Source: Azolla caroliniana
Lineage: Eukaryota; Plantae; Polypodiophyta
Length of the DNA stretch: 64,000 nt
Reading direction: 5' to 3'
NCBI GenBank assembly: GCA_043228905.1
Contig: JBHGNT010000020.1
Span: forward strand, 10,044,001-10,108,000
Shown: positions 49,742 to 62,831 of the stretch, one piece after another
Layout: each line of letters opens with the position of its first letter
How positions within the stretch are numbered: position 1 is the first letter of the stretch
Program-made: the position numbers and the translations under genes
The notes under the pieces: generated by a model
The model's database searches: none
Told to the model about the DNA's origin: nothing
What the model saw: only the letters and a program-made list of their open reading frames with translations

Positions 49742-51377
49742 GTTCGTAATAATAACAGTCATAGGGATAATCACCAATTAAATGATCATACTAATGCTAA
49801 ACAATATCTCCATAAATAAGTGATCATACTAATCATAAATAAATAAATAATCAACAACCAACAATGCCACTAATAATTCATAACAATTTTAATACCAAAC
49901 TATTAATAAGCCTAATAATTCCATCCCTTTTACCATACTACTCACTATATAATTGTAATCATATTAATAAATTACCAACAAAAAACAAGAGAATGTCCTT
50001 GTCTATATTCATGATATGCGTACATTGCCTACCAAAAATCCCCTCAGGTCTTGGCATTGGTTCGATGATATGCACTTTCGATAGAGTGGCGACTCATGGC
50101 TCCTCATCACACACTCACATGTCAGTTGAACCTTGTTCACTACCCTATCCCATCCCATTTCCTCCAACATACACACATACATGCATATCATACATACATA
50201 CATACATACATACATACATACATACATACATAGAACGTAATATTCGTGTTCGTGGAAGCATTCAAACGTTTGGAAACGAACACGTTTGAAAAGGGAAAAG
50301 TATGTGTTCATTTTTTTAAAACTTTTTTTACTTTTTTTGTAACTTTTTTTTACCTCTCTCTCCTCCTCCTCATGAATCTTCTTTTGCTACTCATGATCAG
50401 ATGCCACTCATCCGCCATATCTTGGTGGCCACGATTTCTTCAACCATTATGTTGTGTTTCTTGATCCTCCTTCCCACCTACTCTACAGGTATGGCTATGG
50501 AGATATTCTTTACCATGATTCTGCCGCCAGGCCATGGATGCAATGCTCCATGACTTCTGCTACATCTCAGCCCCCTCAATATAATTCATGGGGAGCGATG
50601 TGGAGCTTTGGGAAGTAGGTGTAGCTCATGATCGTGGAGAGGATGAGGGAGGAGATCCTTAGAGCCAGGGCATGCTCAAAACCAACATTAATCTCAAGAA
50701 CAACATGATGATGAGCAAGAAGAACAGAAGCTTGATCCACCATGTCAATGAGAATCAGATGCCAGAACCAGATGAAGCATAGTCATGGTGATCCTCAAAA
50801 TTAGATGAATCATAATCATGGACCATGGTGATCCTCAGAAACAAAAACAGAACCAGAGTCATCATGATGATGGCGATGATCAAAACAATAGGAAGAATCT
50901 GAGGGGGATGAAGAGAAGGAAGGTGAATGGTCTTGGTAATACTGCCATAGAAGTTGAAGCTTTAGCTGATAGCTCATAACACCTGCCACTCTCTTGCTCT
51001 CTGTCCCTCTTTCTCTCTCTTTCTAATGTTTAGTACTTTAATAATTTCTAAACAATTGAAACTTGATGACATGTGATTCAATCAATACCATTCTTATCTA
51101 TCCAATCCAACGTTGAGATGATTTACCATACACGTATGATTAAATCATTCTCGAATGCAAATGCATGTATGATATGTATGGTTCATTCTATGCATGCATA
51201 CATACATACATACATATATACATACATGTTGAATATGATATGCGAAAGAATAAGCGAGGACCTGCAAGAAGATGTGTACAACAAGAAACATAGGCAAAAT
51301 ATAGATAATATGCAAGAAGGTAGAAGATAAGATAGACATGATTTAGCTCTAATGGAGGCTATGTTATTCTCTTCTGT

Positions 51378-51431
<54 letters not shown>

Positions 51432-51450
51432 GGTAGGGTTTGTCCCTACA

Positions 51451-51882
51451 ATGGCAAACACTCGTAAATCCACCACAAAGTTTGGGGGTATGATTGATAA
51501 TGAGCCGAGATCACCAACAAATCTTGATTCCAATGCAATGAACAAAATGCTTATGAGTCACTTGATTTCTCTTCAAGAAACCATAAACAAGCAAGGTGAA
51601 GAGATTAGGACGTTAATGAAAGAGAATGTTAAGCTCCAAATTGTTGTCATTGAGAATGAAAGTCTTAAGCAAATGGTTGCAAAACTTGAAGAAGAGATTC
51701 AAGAATGTAAAAGTGCTTCTTTTGAAACAAATGAGCGCCTTAACAAGATTGAGTTAAAGGAAGCATTAAAAGAAGAAAAATTAGACATGATCAGGCGGGA
51801 TGTAAGTGAGATGAAAAATGTATGTAAAACGAAGTCATGGAACCAATGTATGTGGTATCAAACTCGTCTAATATGCATGTGA
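51451..51882 (+). pseudogene. Coiled-coil ORF, probably the N-terminal part of a LINE ORF1
   Basis: Follows (CT)n; heptad-rich LQETINKQGEEIRTLMKEN...KLEEEIQE; ends near a KSW motif; same strand as the LINE ORF2 relic at 60120-62000. Confidence 0.45.
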
Positions 51883-51935
51883 TGCATCAAGAGAAGAATA
51901 TAGAAAGCATAGATGTTTGAGAATGGAAAGAATGT

Positions 51936-53059
51936 TGTCGTAGTGTATTTCGTACACTACATGAAAAATGTATATAGTACTAGATTCAATAAATATAAAG
52001 AAATAGAAGAAAATATAAAAATATATATTACATGCATAAGGCAAGATTCAAACCTTGTACCTCCATGTTAATAATTTGGAGTCTTACCATTATACTAAAA
52101 CATCATGAGTGTGTAAAAAGTAGATATCCCATATAGAAAGCCTATATCACGCATATTTTCTAGGAAAAAGCTTTAGTTAGAAGAAAATGCATGATAAAAG
52201 AAAAAGCTACACATGCACATCTAGCGTGCATGAACACTATAGTTAATAAAAAACGTTGTCGTGAAGATCCGTCACTAGGCGCGGATCGTGAGGCGGAACC
52301 ACCGGGGTTCTGGATCGGAAGGACTTGAAGTTTGCACTAGCTTTAGCGAGAAAGGATTTAAGATAGATTGAAAGAGAGAGATTGAGATAAGATAAAACAC
52401 TTGACTTTAGATTGAGAGAGAGATTAAGATTGAGCTCTTGACTTTAGATTTGAAGAACAAGATTAATACATCAATTGGATAACGAATTTTTTTCTTACCA
52501 TTAATTTTGATATAAAGTACAAAGCTCTCCCTTTGATCTTTTTCATCCCACCCTTTTATAGATGCTCCCATGCATATAATGCATGTGAGGGTACATGCAT
52601 ACAATGCATGGAATGCATGTGATGTATGCATGTTTGCCATTTGGTGCTTATGCATCACATGTCACTCAATCAAGCTCTAATATAAGAATTTCCATGTAAA
52701 GCTATAATGATAAAAATATAATACCTAAAGAAATGATTTGGCTTAATGGTAAGCTTATTGCTTCTTATCTTGGAGGTGCAAAGTTCGAATCTTGCTTACA
52801 TCTTTTTCTTTTATGCACAAAATACTATTAGGCTTTTGGACCAAATATCTTTAAGACACCATGCACCGTGATCAACCACTCGACCGATCCGTCCAATTTG
52901 CATCTGTTTGGTCCAACCACTCGACCGATCCGTCCAATTTGCATTTGTTTGGTCCAGCCTAGTCCGTATCCCGAGTCGCTGCTTACCGGCCACCGGCTAA
53001 CCGGTTCACCGGCTCCGTCACCGGTTGCCACCGGTTTTGGTTGGCCCAAAACTTTTACA
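51936..53059. mobile_element. LTR-like fragments (TGTCGT starts at 51936 and 52257), each associated with a tRNA-like A/B-box module
   Basis: 52257 begins TGTCGTGAAGATCCGTCACTAGGCG, resembling the 3188 LTR terminus. Minus-strand TATA (CCCTTTTATAG on +) at ~52552; 41-bp tandem duplication at 52873-52955. No TSD found. Confidence 0.45.
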
Positions 53060-53693
53060 AGTAGCTAAGCCACACCCACTTATCCAATTAGTTTGGTTCA
53101 AGTCACCTTGAACTCTCTATGCTCCACACATAGATACAAAGATAATAGCTTTTGCTTTGCCTTATATATGGTGAGATCCTTATTTGTCTTGTCTATATGG
53201 GATATCTCACAGTTTTATCTTTCTCTTATCCTTTGCAAACTTCCTACTCACATAACTTGAGACTTAGATGTCCGTTTGTTATGTAGTAAAGTGCATTCGA
53301 AAGCTCTTGAAGACCTCCATCTTTTTGTACTAAGATATTAAACTTATTTAAAATAGTATTTTCACTATTATTGTTTTATATGATTCATACTCGATTTCGT
53401 ATGTTTTATGTGATTTTCACACCATTGCTGAAAATCTTCAGGACAACCCATGATCACTTTTAGAAAAAGCATGTTAGAGAAAGCATGGCATCCATAATTA
53501 GAGAAAAAGAATGGATTGCTAAGACTCTCTCATCACTATATAAGGATGTGGAGCATAATGTAGTAAGGGAAAAATAAATAAATAAATAAATTATGGGGTG
53601 AAAATATTTGGAAATTGGATATGTTTCTAAGTACCGATTAATAAACTATACTCGTGGGATTCACGAGGTTTCAATATTCTTCTCTTTCAATCT

Positions 53694-56600
53694 TGTAATG
53701 AATCGGGTATGATTCTTGTGTAGCGGATAAGATATGTGTTATGTGTATGTGTGAGAGGAAATAGAGAAGAGAAGAGACCACACAAGATGGATAGATAGAA
53801 TGGAAAATAGAATACTCAAGTAGAAGAAGATGTATATTCACAAGGAGAATATGAAATACAAAAATGTAGCATTACAAGGAGTCATAACTGACTTAGTATG
53901 AAGTATGAGGAGGGTGCTTTGTATATAGTAACCCTCTCTCTTCATTAACTAACTACAACAACCCCTCTCTCTTGGGGAATGTGAAGACTCATAGTCATGT
54001 GGAATATGTAACTCATTTATTATGATTCTATGACACATAGTTAATGTGTAGAGAGTAATGGTGTGACTCTTGACCTTTGAGTAATCACAGATTCTCAAAA
54101 GGTGTGTTCACACATTGCACTATGTTGAGCTTGATTCTCAACACGCCCCCTCAAGCTCAACTTGGGTTGGTTCCTTTCGATTGATGTTCGCTTCGGCTGG
54201 TATCCGGTTCAGACGATCTCCGGTGTCCACGTTGGCTCGTACCTAGTTCAGACGGTATCTGGTTTTTGCTTGAACTCCCCCTTAAGCTTGTCAAGTCAGG
54301 GATCGTCAATCCAAGATCTGACATGAATTGCCGAAGCTTGTCGGCTCCTAGGGCCTTGGTGAAGATGTAGGTTGTCTAAAGATTCGTGTTGATGTGTAGA
54401 AGATCGACATCTTCGGCCTGAACACGCTTTCGAATGAAGTAGTAGTGCACTTCGATATGCTTTGTGCGTGTGTGGAACACTGAGTTCTGAGCCAGATATA
54501 TACGGCTCATGTTGTTGTAGCAAATGGGAGTCAAATCCTTCATAATCCTCTTGAACCATACGACTTCACATGCAACTATGGTTACGCCCCTTTATTTGGC
54601 CTCCGTACTCGATAGTGCGACGGTAGGCTGCTTCTTACTACTCCAAGATATTGCTCCACTATCGAGCAAGAAGACAAATTTGGAGGTTGATCGTGGATAA
54701 GCTCTACAACTGGCCTAGTCGGCATCCATGTACCCTTCGAGTCGAATTGGTGTGACTGATGCGTAGAGGATGCCGTAATCCATTGTGCCACTCACGTAAC
54801 GTAATACTTGCTTAGCGCAATTGAAATGGATATCTCGCAGAGTTTGCCTGAATTGGCTAAGGAGGTCGACCAGATAGTTGAGGTCGGGTCGAGTGATCGT
54901 GAGATAGATGAGGCTCCCGACCAGTTGACGATATTGAGTCGGCTCGTACTCGTTTGTGCCGGAGTCGGCATCTAGTTTGAGGTTTTGATTGAGAGGGGTT
55001 GCCACAGATTTGCACTCTATCATCCCGAACTTGTATAATAAGTTGAGAATGTAGTGTTGTTGAGAGATCATAATGCCGGTCGGAATCTGAATTACTTCAA
55101 TGCCTAGGAAGTAATGAAGTTCCTTCATGTCCGTCATCTCGAATTTGTTGGAGAGGAGGGATTTCACCTTGTTGATATCGACTAAAATTTCTCCTCCAAT
55201 GACCAAATCATCCACGTATAGGATGATGACAATCGAGTTTCTAGAGTCGTTTTATATGTAGAGGGAGTTGTCGGATTTCGGCATTCAAAGCCAATTTGAT
55301 GAAGATATTGCATAATCTTCGAATGCCAAGCACACGGTGCTTGCTTGAGGCCGTAGAGTGGCTTCTTGAGTCGACACACAGCTTTCGGATGATTACGCGA
55401 TTCGAAGCCGGGTGGTTGTACCATGTATACCTCCTCTTCTAATTCGCCTTGAAGAAAGGTGTTCTTTATGTCCATTTGATGAAGGTGCCACCCTTTTGCT
55501 CCTGCGAGTGCAATTACGGTATGCACAATCGTCATCTTTGCCACCAGGGCAAATGTCTCTTCGTAGTTGACTCCATGCGTTCGTGCGTATCCTTTTGCTA
55601 CGAGTCGAGCTTTGTAGTGGTTTATGGTGCCATCGACGTTGTACTTCACCTTGTAGATCCATCTGCAGCCAATCGCCTTCTTGTGCGGTGAGTGGGGGAC
55701 AAGATCCCACGTCTTGTTTTTGGAGAGTGCTTGCATCTCCTCATTCATCGCTTCAACCCATCTGGGGTCCTTCGCGGATTCGGCAAATGTTTCCGGCTCC
55801 CGTACTATGGCTACCTTCATCATAAAGGCGTAATGGTATGCCATATAATCGTAGTAGCAGAATTGGCTTACAGGGTTCTTTTCACAGGTGGATCGACGGA
55901 GCTTCTCGTTTGCGGATACTAAGGCTTTCTTCGCTCCATTTTTCTGGATGTTAAGGTCGTTGAACTCACTATCGGGGGAGTAAGTCAATTTGTTGCTGTC
56001 GAAGTGATCGTCTTCATACTTTGACATTTTCGCCTTCCCTTTGTCCAGCTTCGGACTCGACCGAGATGTGCTTTGATCGCTCGGAGGCTCTTGTGGCCCA
56101 CTAAGCCTTGTCATAATTGGGCTTTCTTCGAACATGCGCGTGAGCCAATCTTCGGCTTCTATCTCTATTTCGGCAGATTCCGGGTCGAGCGGAATTAGAG
56201 TTGAAGTTGTCTCTGGTGCGTACTAGGATGCAGACTCGTCGAAAACGACGTCTTGACTTACTCGAGATTTTCGAGTTGAGGGGTTATAGCACTTGTACCC
56301 CTTTTTCTCTAGTGAGTATCCTACGAGGATACATTTCTCCGAATTCGGGTCGAGCTTTTGTCGCTTCTCGTCGGGGATGTGCACGTACGCAATGGAGCTA
56401 AATATCTGAACATGTGATAGGTTCGGCTTCTTTCCGAAAAAATTCTTGTGTGGAGTAAGTTCGTGCACACCGATGTCGGACACCAATTCATGAGGTATAC
56501 GACTGTGTTAGCTGCTTCTGCCCAATACGACTTCGGCATGTGCTTTTCATTCATCATGGTTCGTGCTACTTCGAGGATGTGCCGTTTCTTTCATTCAACG

Positions 56601-57730
56601 ATTCCATTTTGTTGTGGCGTATGTTGACACGAAAACTCTCGCCGAATTCCTTCTTTTCGTAGAAAAGCCGAAAATTCGTCGGAGAAGTACTCCTTGCCTC
56701 CATCCGACCGAAGACAACGTACATGTTGGCCTGTGGCTTTCTTGACTTCATTCTTAAAGTTTTGGAAGTGTCCGAACACTTCACTCTCTTGCCACATGGG
56801 GTAGATCCAGGTGTGCCTAGAGAAGTCGTGGATGAAGGCCACGTAGTCTCAGCATCCGCTGAATGTAGCCGTTTGAGCCGGACCCCATACATCGGAATGA
56901 ATTACGTCGAGTAGGCCTTTGCTCATGTTCCACTCCTTTGGAAATGGGTGCCGATGTTGCTCGCCGAATTGGCAAGCGGCACACACACCTTCAATCTCTT
57001 TCTCCTTGAATGTCAGGAGCATGATGGCGACTCCTTTCGGTTGCATTGCCTTGAGCTTTTGGAGGTTGATATGGCCAATTCGCTTGTGCCATAACTATAT
57101 GTCGGAATTGGCTTTCGTGCCCTTTGCGAACATGGACGATTTCATCTCGTGCAAGTTGAGAATGAACATCCAGCCCTCTCTTCGTCCGCAAGCGATGAGT
57201 CGGCCCTCTTTTTTGATGAAGCAATCACCTTGATTAAATCATAGTTGCATCCCTTGCTCAACAATTTGACCGACGGAAACCAAATTCTTCGTAATGGTTG
57301 GTACATGCAAGACATTCTTAATAAAAGTTTGGTTACCTTCTTTGCAGAATTAGATGCGTAGTGTCATCTCCAGCTCCGACATAGCCGGGTCGTTCCGGCT
57401 CTCAAAGTTCGTGGAACCATTCTTGATGAGACGTCATATGGTTCGAGCCATCGGAGTCAACGAACCATACGTCTTCCGGACTAGATGCGTTATTCGAAGT
57501 AGAAGCTGACATAGAATTTACTCTATGTCTCATCACAAACATTTCGCCACGATCGTCATAGTCGGAGTTGGTGGCATAGTTGGTGAGTTGTCAACTAGTG
57601 GAAGCCGACTCACGTATCTTCTTACGACACTCTTCTTCGTGGTGATCGACTTTTCAGCAATATTCGCATTTGATCGAGTTTTGTCGACTCAGACTGGAAT
57701 GGAAGCTCCCCCTTCTTCCGAAGGTTCCTA
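53694..57730 (-). mobile_element. Degenerate Ty1/copia element, 5'-truncated; 3' LTR at 54143-53694
   Basis: On minus: protease WFVDS...HMT (~57470), WHKRIGHIN, integrase (LRSDGGKEY, TPQQNG), RT (WIYKVK, YKARLVAKGY, LYGLKQAP), RNase H, PPT GAGGGGGCG then TGTTGAG at 54143. Many stops and frameshifts. Confidence 0.92.
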
Positions 57731-60085
57731 GTACCTAATTAACTATCATGGTAGCTAATTAGCTTTCCTAGTAGCTAATTAGCTGGTAATAACTAGAGTA
57801 GCTAACTATCATAGTAGCTAATTAGCTATCATGGTAGCTAATTAGCTAATTTCCTATTCTAATTAGCTATTCTAGTAGCTATTTAGCTATCATGGTAGCT
57901 AAAACCCTATTCTAATAGCTAATTAGCTATCCTAAAAGCTAATTAGCTATTCTGGTAGCTAATTATCTGGTAATAACTAAATTAGCTATTGAGAATAGCT
58001 AATTAGCTATCATGGTAGCTAGTTAGCTATTTTGGTAGCTAATTATCTGGTAATAACTAAATTAGCTATTGAGAATAGCTAATTAGCTATCATGGTAGTA
58101 GCTATTGAGAGTAGCCAGTTACCTATGTAGTAGCTATCCTAGTAGCTAACTGAGGTAAATGTAACTGATAAGCTAATTAGCTTTTCTGCTAATTGAGCTA
58201 ATTAACTTTCCGTGTAGAGTCAAAACAAATGTTGAGATAAATGTAAATACCTGAGGTACATCAAGAAGATGAATGGGATGCTCCTCGTATTGATTTCTTC
58301 CAACACATTTCCTGCATAAATCCTTTTTATTGGGTGAAACCCTACTCTCATTAGTCCAAAACATTGTGATTACATCCTTGATTTTAAATGTTATGGGTGT
58401 CATTGGCTTACATCTTGTAGTTAGCTTTAATAGACTAGTTCCTTCACCCGAGGAAATTATACGGTTCATTGTATTGTACATTGTTTTTCTACTAACACCA
58501 ATTACCTTAGATAGCTCACTGATGTTTATATCATCAACATCACTATTAAGTAACATCATTAGACTAGACCTTTTTAAGACAAGATCATCTTCTAACCTGC
58601 TCATGGATACGAAACTATTACGAAGATTATTTACTAAAATAGATGATATGTTTGCATTAAGACCATCACAATCAACTAAGTCCTTTATCGATGGATCATT
58701 ACATATTCCATAAAGTACTACCTTATTTTCTTCATTGCTAATGTGCTTGGTTTGAACATTGAAATAGTCTACAACCTTTCTCTCTATGATGGTAGTCGCA
58801 TTACTTACATTCTCAGCTAAACTATCCTTACCTTTACTGAGTGTGGCTTTCGTATCCTTCAACAATTGACGATGTTTCCTTTTTTTTTTTCTGCCCAATA
58901 ATTTCGTATGGCTTGTTGTGTCCTGATAGCATCATCCCTATCCTTATGATCATTGAGGGGTAATTCTAAACACCCTTCTTCCCCTTCCATTTGGCTAGAC
59001 ATATTAAAACCCTAAATTTCTAGAAGAAAAAACAAGTATTTAAGATGGCTATGGGCAACAACAATACACAAAAATATTCCACAATACACAAGATTAGACA
59101 CAACAATACACAAGATAATCAATAGACAGAAAAGTTATTGCAATCCAAGACCGAACACTAGAGGAGTTCACTCTGTTGGATCGAACAGTTGAGGAGGCGA
59201 TCCAGGACCGACCAATGGCGACAACTGAGTGTAGAATGTTGCCGTTGGATGAGTGAACTCCGTCAAATCGAAATGTGGAAGCAATCCAGGACTGGACAGT
59301 AGCGGCAACTGAGTGTAGAATGATGGCAATGGAGGAGAGAACCCCGTCAGATTGAACAGTTACCGATGATGCTTGTAACGCACAGAGAAGGCACCTAAGA
59401 GTAGAATGGCGGCAGTGGAGTTGTTAACGCCGTCGGGTCGAAAAATGGCAGCAATACACGACCTTGACAGTAGCGGCCCCTGAGTGTAGAGTGGCACAGA
59501 GAAGAGAACCCCGTCAGATTGAAAAGTTACCGATGATGCTTGGAACGCACAGTAGCGGCCCTTGAGTGTAGAGTGGCACAGAGAAGAAAACCCCGTCAGA
59601 TTGAACAACTCTTTGATGATGCTTGGAACGCACAGTAGCGGCCCCTAAGTGTAGAGTGGCACAAAGAAGAGAACCCCGTCAGATTGAACAACTCTTTGAT
59701 GATGCTTGGAACGCACAGTAGCGGCCCCTGAGTGTAGAGTGGCGGTAGGTGGACTCGATAGGGTTTAGCAACAGTGGTAGCAACTAACACAATACACAAC
59801 TAGAGATGGCCTACATGATGTGGCAAAGGATCATGCATAATGGACCTAGGAATTCGATATATAATTTATGGTACACATTTATGGTGCACATATCAATTTA
59901 TGTTGCACGTTTATGTTGCACATTTATGACACTCATTTACATATGTAATTAAAACACTCTAGTATTTTCAATGGTAGTTTTTTGCATAGTTAATTTATTA
60001 ATGATGGCTTTTTACTAAAATGACTATTTATCAATGGTAGCTTTTTGCATAGCTAATTAGCTATGTCAAGGACATAGCTAATTGT
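57730..60085 (-). mobile_element. Probable DNA-transposon relic with AGCTAATTAGCT subterminal repeats and a 241-aa ORF fragment (58898-58173)
   Basis: Dense palindromic AGCTAATTAGCT motifs at 57730-58200 and again at 60050-60085. The ORF has an HTH-like segment (ISELSKVIGVSRKTMY) and ends at a CAG|GTATTT donor near 58250. No catalytic motif, TIR or TSD resolved. Confidence 0.4.
59150..59745. repeat. ~83-bp tandem repeat, ~7 progressively diverged copies
   Basis: CCCCGTCAGATTGAA recurs at 59342, 59509, 59591 and 59674; GAGTGTAGA occurs in most units. Confidence 0.85.
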
Positions 60086-60119
60086 TTCCACTCTCATGCT
60101 TTCACCCATAACTACTCTT

Positions 60120-62000
60120 CTAGCGATGAAAAAGATTTGGGAAGTTACTCCTACAAATTTGCAATAATACCGGATTGCTTATTGCGAATGATATTTCCTT
60201 ATGGCCCAACACTAATGGTTTTACATGTATAAACACAACAGAAATAGTGTGATTGACTATGTGCTACTTTCCGAAGGTATTTTGGATCATATACATAAAT
60301 TCTCACTTGGGGAATGGACACCAGAATCCGATCATAGGCCTTTATGTATTGATCTCAAATGTATGCATAGGTTTCATTGTGAGAAGGCTATTGAAAATAA
60401 TAAACAACTGCACTTGAGCATGGACCTTAAGCGAGCGCCCATGTATTCCAAGATGGTTGAGGATATGTTACAAATGACAAAGATACAACATGGTGCCACA
60501 CTAGAATGCAAATGGGAAGCTTTCAAGAAAGTAATTCTCTCCTGTACAAACAAATGTTTTTTGACCAACCGCACATCTTGGAAATGCACCAAGAAACTTA
60601 GGAAAAAATGGTTTGATAAAGAATGTCGTGAAGCTCGAAAATGCGTTATGGTTTTGGATGTAGTTAAGGATAAAGAGAATTACCAAAAGCATTTGCATGA
60701 GTATAAAAGGCTTATTCAAAGAAAGAGAAGAATATGGGAAGTTACTCAACAATTTATCCAAACACAAGAGAAAGCACATGCATGTGCTAAATTTTTGGGG
60801 AAATCTAAAGGGGAAACATGTTGAGAGTTATGGTGACTTAACTCTTCACGACTTGTCTATGCATTGTAAGAATTTATATGAGTCATCTCTTGCTGGAAAG
60901 ATGATGTGTTATGGTTCTCTTTCACATATGTCTCCCTTCTTTCACATATGCATAGGACTTAAGAAATTGGCCTCTCGAAAGGCAAGCGATCTTCAATGTA
61001 TAAAGGCTGAAATGCTCAAATGGACGGGAAAGGAAGCATATGCATGGATAAGCGATATGTTTAATGATGCATTGCAACATGGTATGCCGTATGATTGGAC
61101 TACAAATTAGATCAAACCTTTACATAAAGGTGGAGATGCAAATAATGTAAACAACTATCGAACCATCATGGTTGGCTCATTAATGGCAAAACTATTTGGA
61201 TGTATAATGGAATCAAAGATGAGTGTATGGACTGAAAAAAATGGTAAGAGAGATTATGGACAAGCTGGCTTTCGAAAACACCATAGCACCATTGATCACC
61301 TTGTCATGCTTCGAGTATTAATGGAGGAAAGTCGCCTTAGAGGTAAAGGTTTATTTTGTTGCTTTGTAGAATTCAAGAAACTTTTGATATGGTACCTTGT
61401 GAGCATCTTTGGAGGCGAATGGAAGAAGGTGCCAAGTGAATATATGCTTGCAATTTCCCGAATTTATGAGAAGGTTATATGTTGTGTGCGTATGAGAGAT
61501 AGACTTTCAGATTTTTTCAATAGCACTATTGGTGTTAAGCAAGGATGCCCACTCTCACCAACACTATTTGGTCTATGCATTGATGAATTGGATGAAATGG
61601 TTACCAAGTTTGCAAAGGAAGAATATGTTGAAGAAGTTGTCATTGGGAATGTTGTGATTATACTTTTGTTATATGCAGATGATGTAGTGCTTTTTGCAAA
61701 TACTTAAGGAGATGCACAAAAGCTTATGAAGGCATTGGAAAAATTTTGCATGCCTAAATTAAGTGTCAATAGCTCTAAAACAAAGATTATGCTTGTGAAG
61801 AGCCAAAAAAGAGATAAACCATACATTATATATACCAATGAGCCACTTGAATGTATGGAACGCTTCAAATATCTTGGCCTTGAAGATCCTTCAAATCATA
61901 GATGGAATGAATGTGCTACACGTTGATTAGAGGCGGGTAAGCGAGCATACTATGCATTTGAGAACACATGCAATCTCGGAGATATTAAGTGTTGGGTCCT
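60120..62000 (+). mobile_element. Degenerate non-L1 LINE ORF2 (APE C-terminus plus RT; RTE/RTEX-like)
   Basis: SVIDYVL...SDHRPL (end of APE); NYRTIM, QAGFRKHHSTIDH, GVKQGCPLSPTLFG, LLYADDVVL, FKYLG; stops and frameshifts present. Confidence 0.88.
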
Positions 62001-62404
62001 CGTGCCCACACAAGAGAACATTGCAGACCTCTTCACAAAGGCTCTACCTAGGGAGAAGTTTGAAGCTTTCCGCAATGCTTTAGGCCTAATCCCATTTGTG
62101 GATTCATCTCTATCCACATAGCTTGGCACTTGTTTAACCATGAGTGTCAACTCCTTGTTCACTGCATCACTCCCAAGGGGGATTTGTTGACATATTTTGG
62201 TAGTGATGTGTGAACACACTTAGGATAGTGATGTGTGTGAACACACTTAGGATAGTGATGTGTGTGAACACACTTAGGATAGTGATGTGTGTGAACACAT
62301 TTAGGACAGTAATGTGTGAACACACTTAGGACAATGATGTGTGTGAACACACTTAGGACTACAAGGGCATTTTTTCCCTCTGTCTAAAAATACTCTTAGA
62401 ACCA
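62000..62404 (+). mobile_element. Ty1/copia 3' fragment (end of RNase H, PPT, start of LTR with 25-27-bp tandem repeats)
   Basis: VPTQENIADLFTKALPREKFEAFRNALGL; AAGGGGGA then TGTTGACA at 62185; six copies of TAGTGATGTGTGTGAACACACTTAGGA at 62201-62358. Confidence 0.8.
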
Positions 62405-62405
62405 T

Positions 62406-62535
62406 TGTAAAGAATTGGGTATGATTCTTGTGAAGCGGAATAGGTGTGAACTGTGTGTGTATGAGAGAGAGAGTGTGTGACAATGAAAAGGGGGCAATAG
62501 AAAAAAGAGATGTTCTACTTGTAGAAGAAGACATT
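62406..62535 (-). repeat. LTR end fragment related to the copia LTR at 53694
   Basis: TGTAAAGAATTGGGTATGATTCTTGTGAAGCGGA versus TGTAATGAATCGGGTATGATTCTTGTGTAGCGGA at 53694. Confidence 0.7.
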
Positions 62536-62831
62536 TGAGGGAGTCTAACTGTATTCTAAAACCTTCTTTTGAGAAAATTAAGGAATGCTGAAGCCTAACT
62601 ATATAACTACCCGAACACTTAGATTAACTATATTATTTTCTGAAATTTTCCTAAAAAACAAATAATTAAAAATTATTTTTTATTTTAAAAATAATGCTAA
62701 AGTCTTCTATATAAGGAGGTTAGAAATTTCATTTTCATTATCACGTGAAAGAATCCATCGAGCTCAGAGCACAGGCCAATTTTCGAGCACTCAGAAGCAC
62801 ATCGTGGACAGCACTACCTCCGGCACGAACC

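Noticed and set aside
50700-50785. Peptide NRSLIHHVNEN resembling the ELF4 core
   Set aside because: The flanking residues do not fit ELF4 and the frame stops a few codons later. Probably chance, or an unidentifiable relic.
62201-62358. Regular 25-27-bp repeats resembling a CRISPR array
   Set aside because: Head-to-tail repeats with no unique spacers, inside a copia LTR in eukaryotic DNA.
62392-62405. Minus-strand TGGTTCTAAGAG as a PBS next to the 62406 LTR end
   Set aside because: Poor match to the iMet PBS, and the flank belongs to another LTR; more likely an insertion junction.
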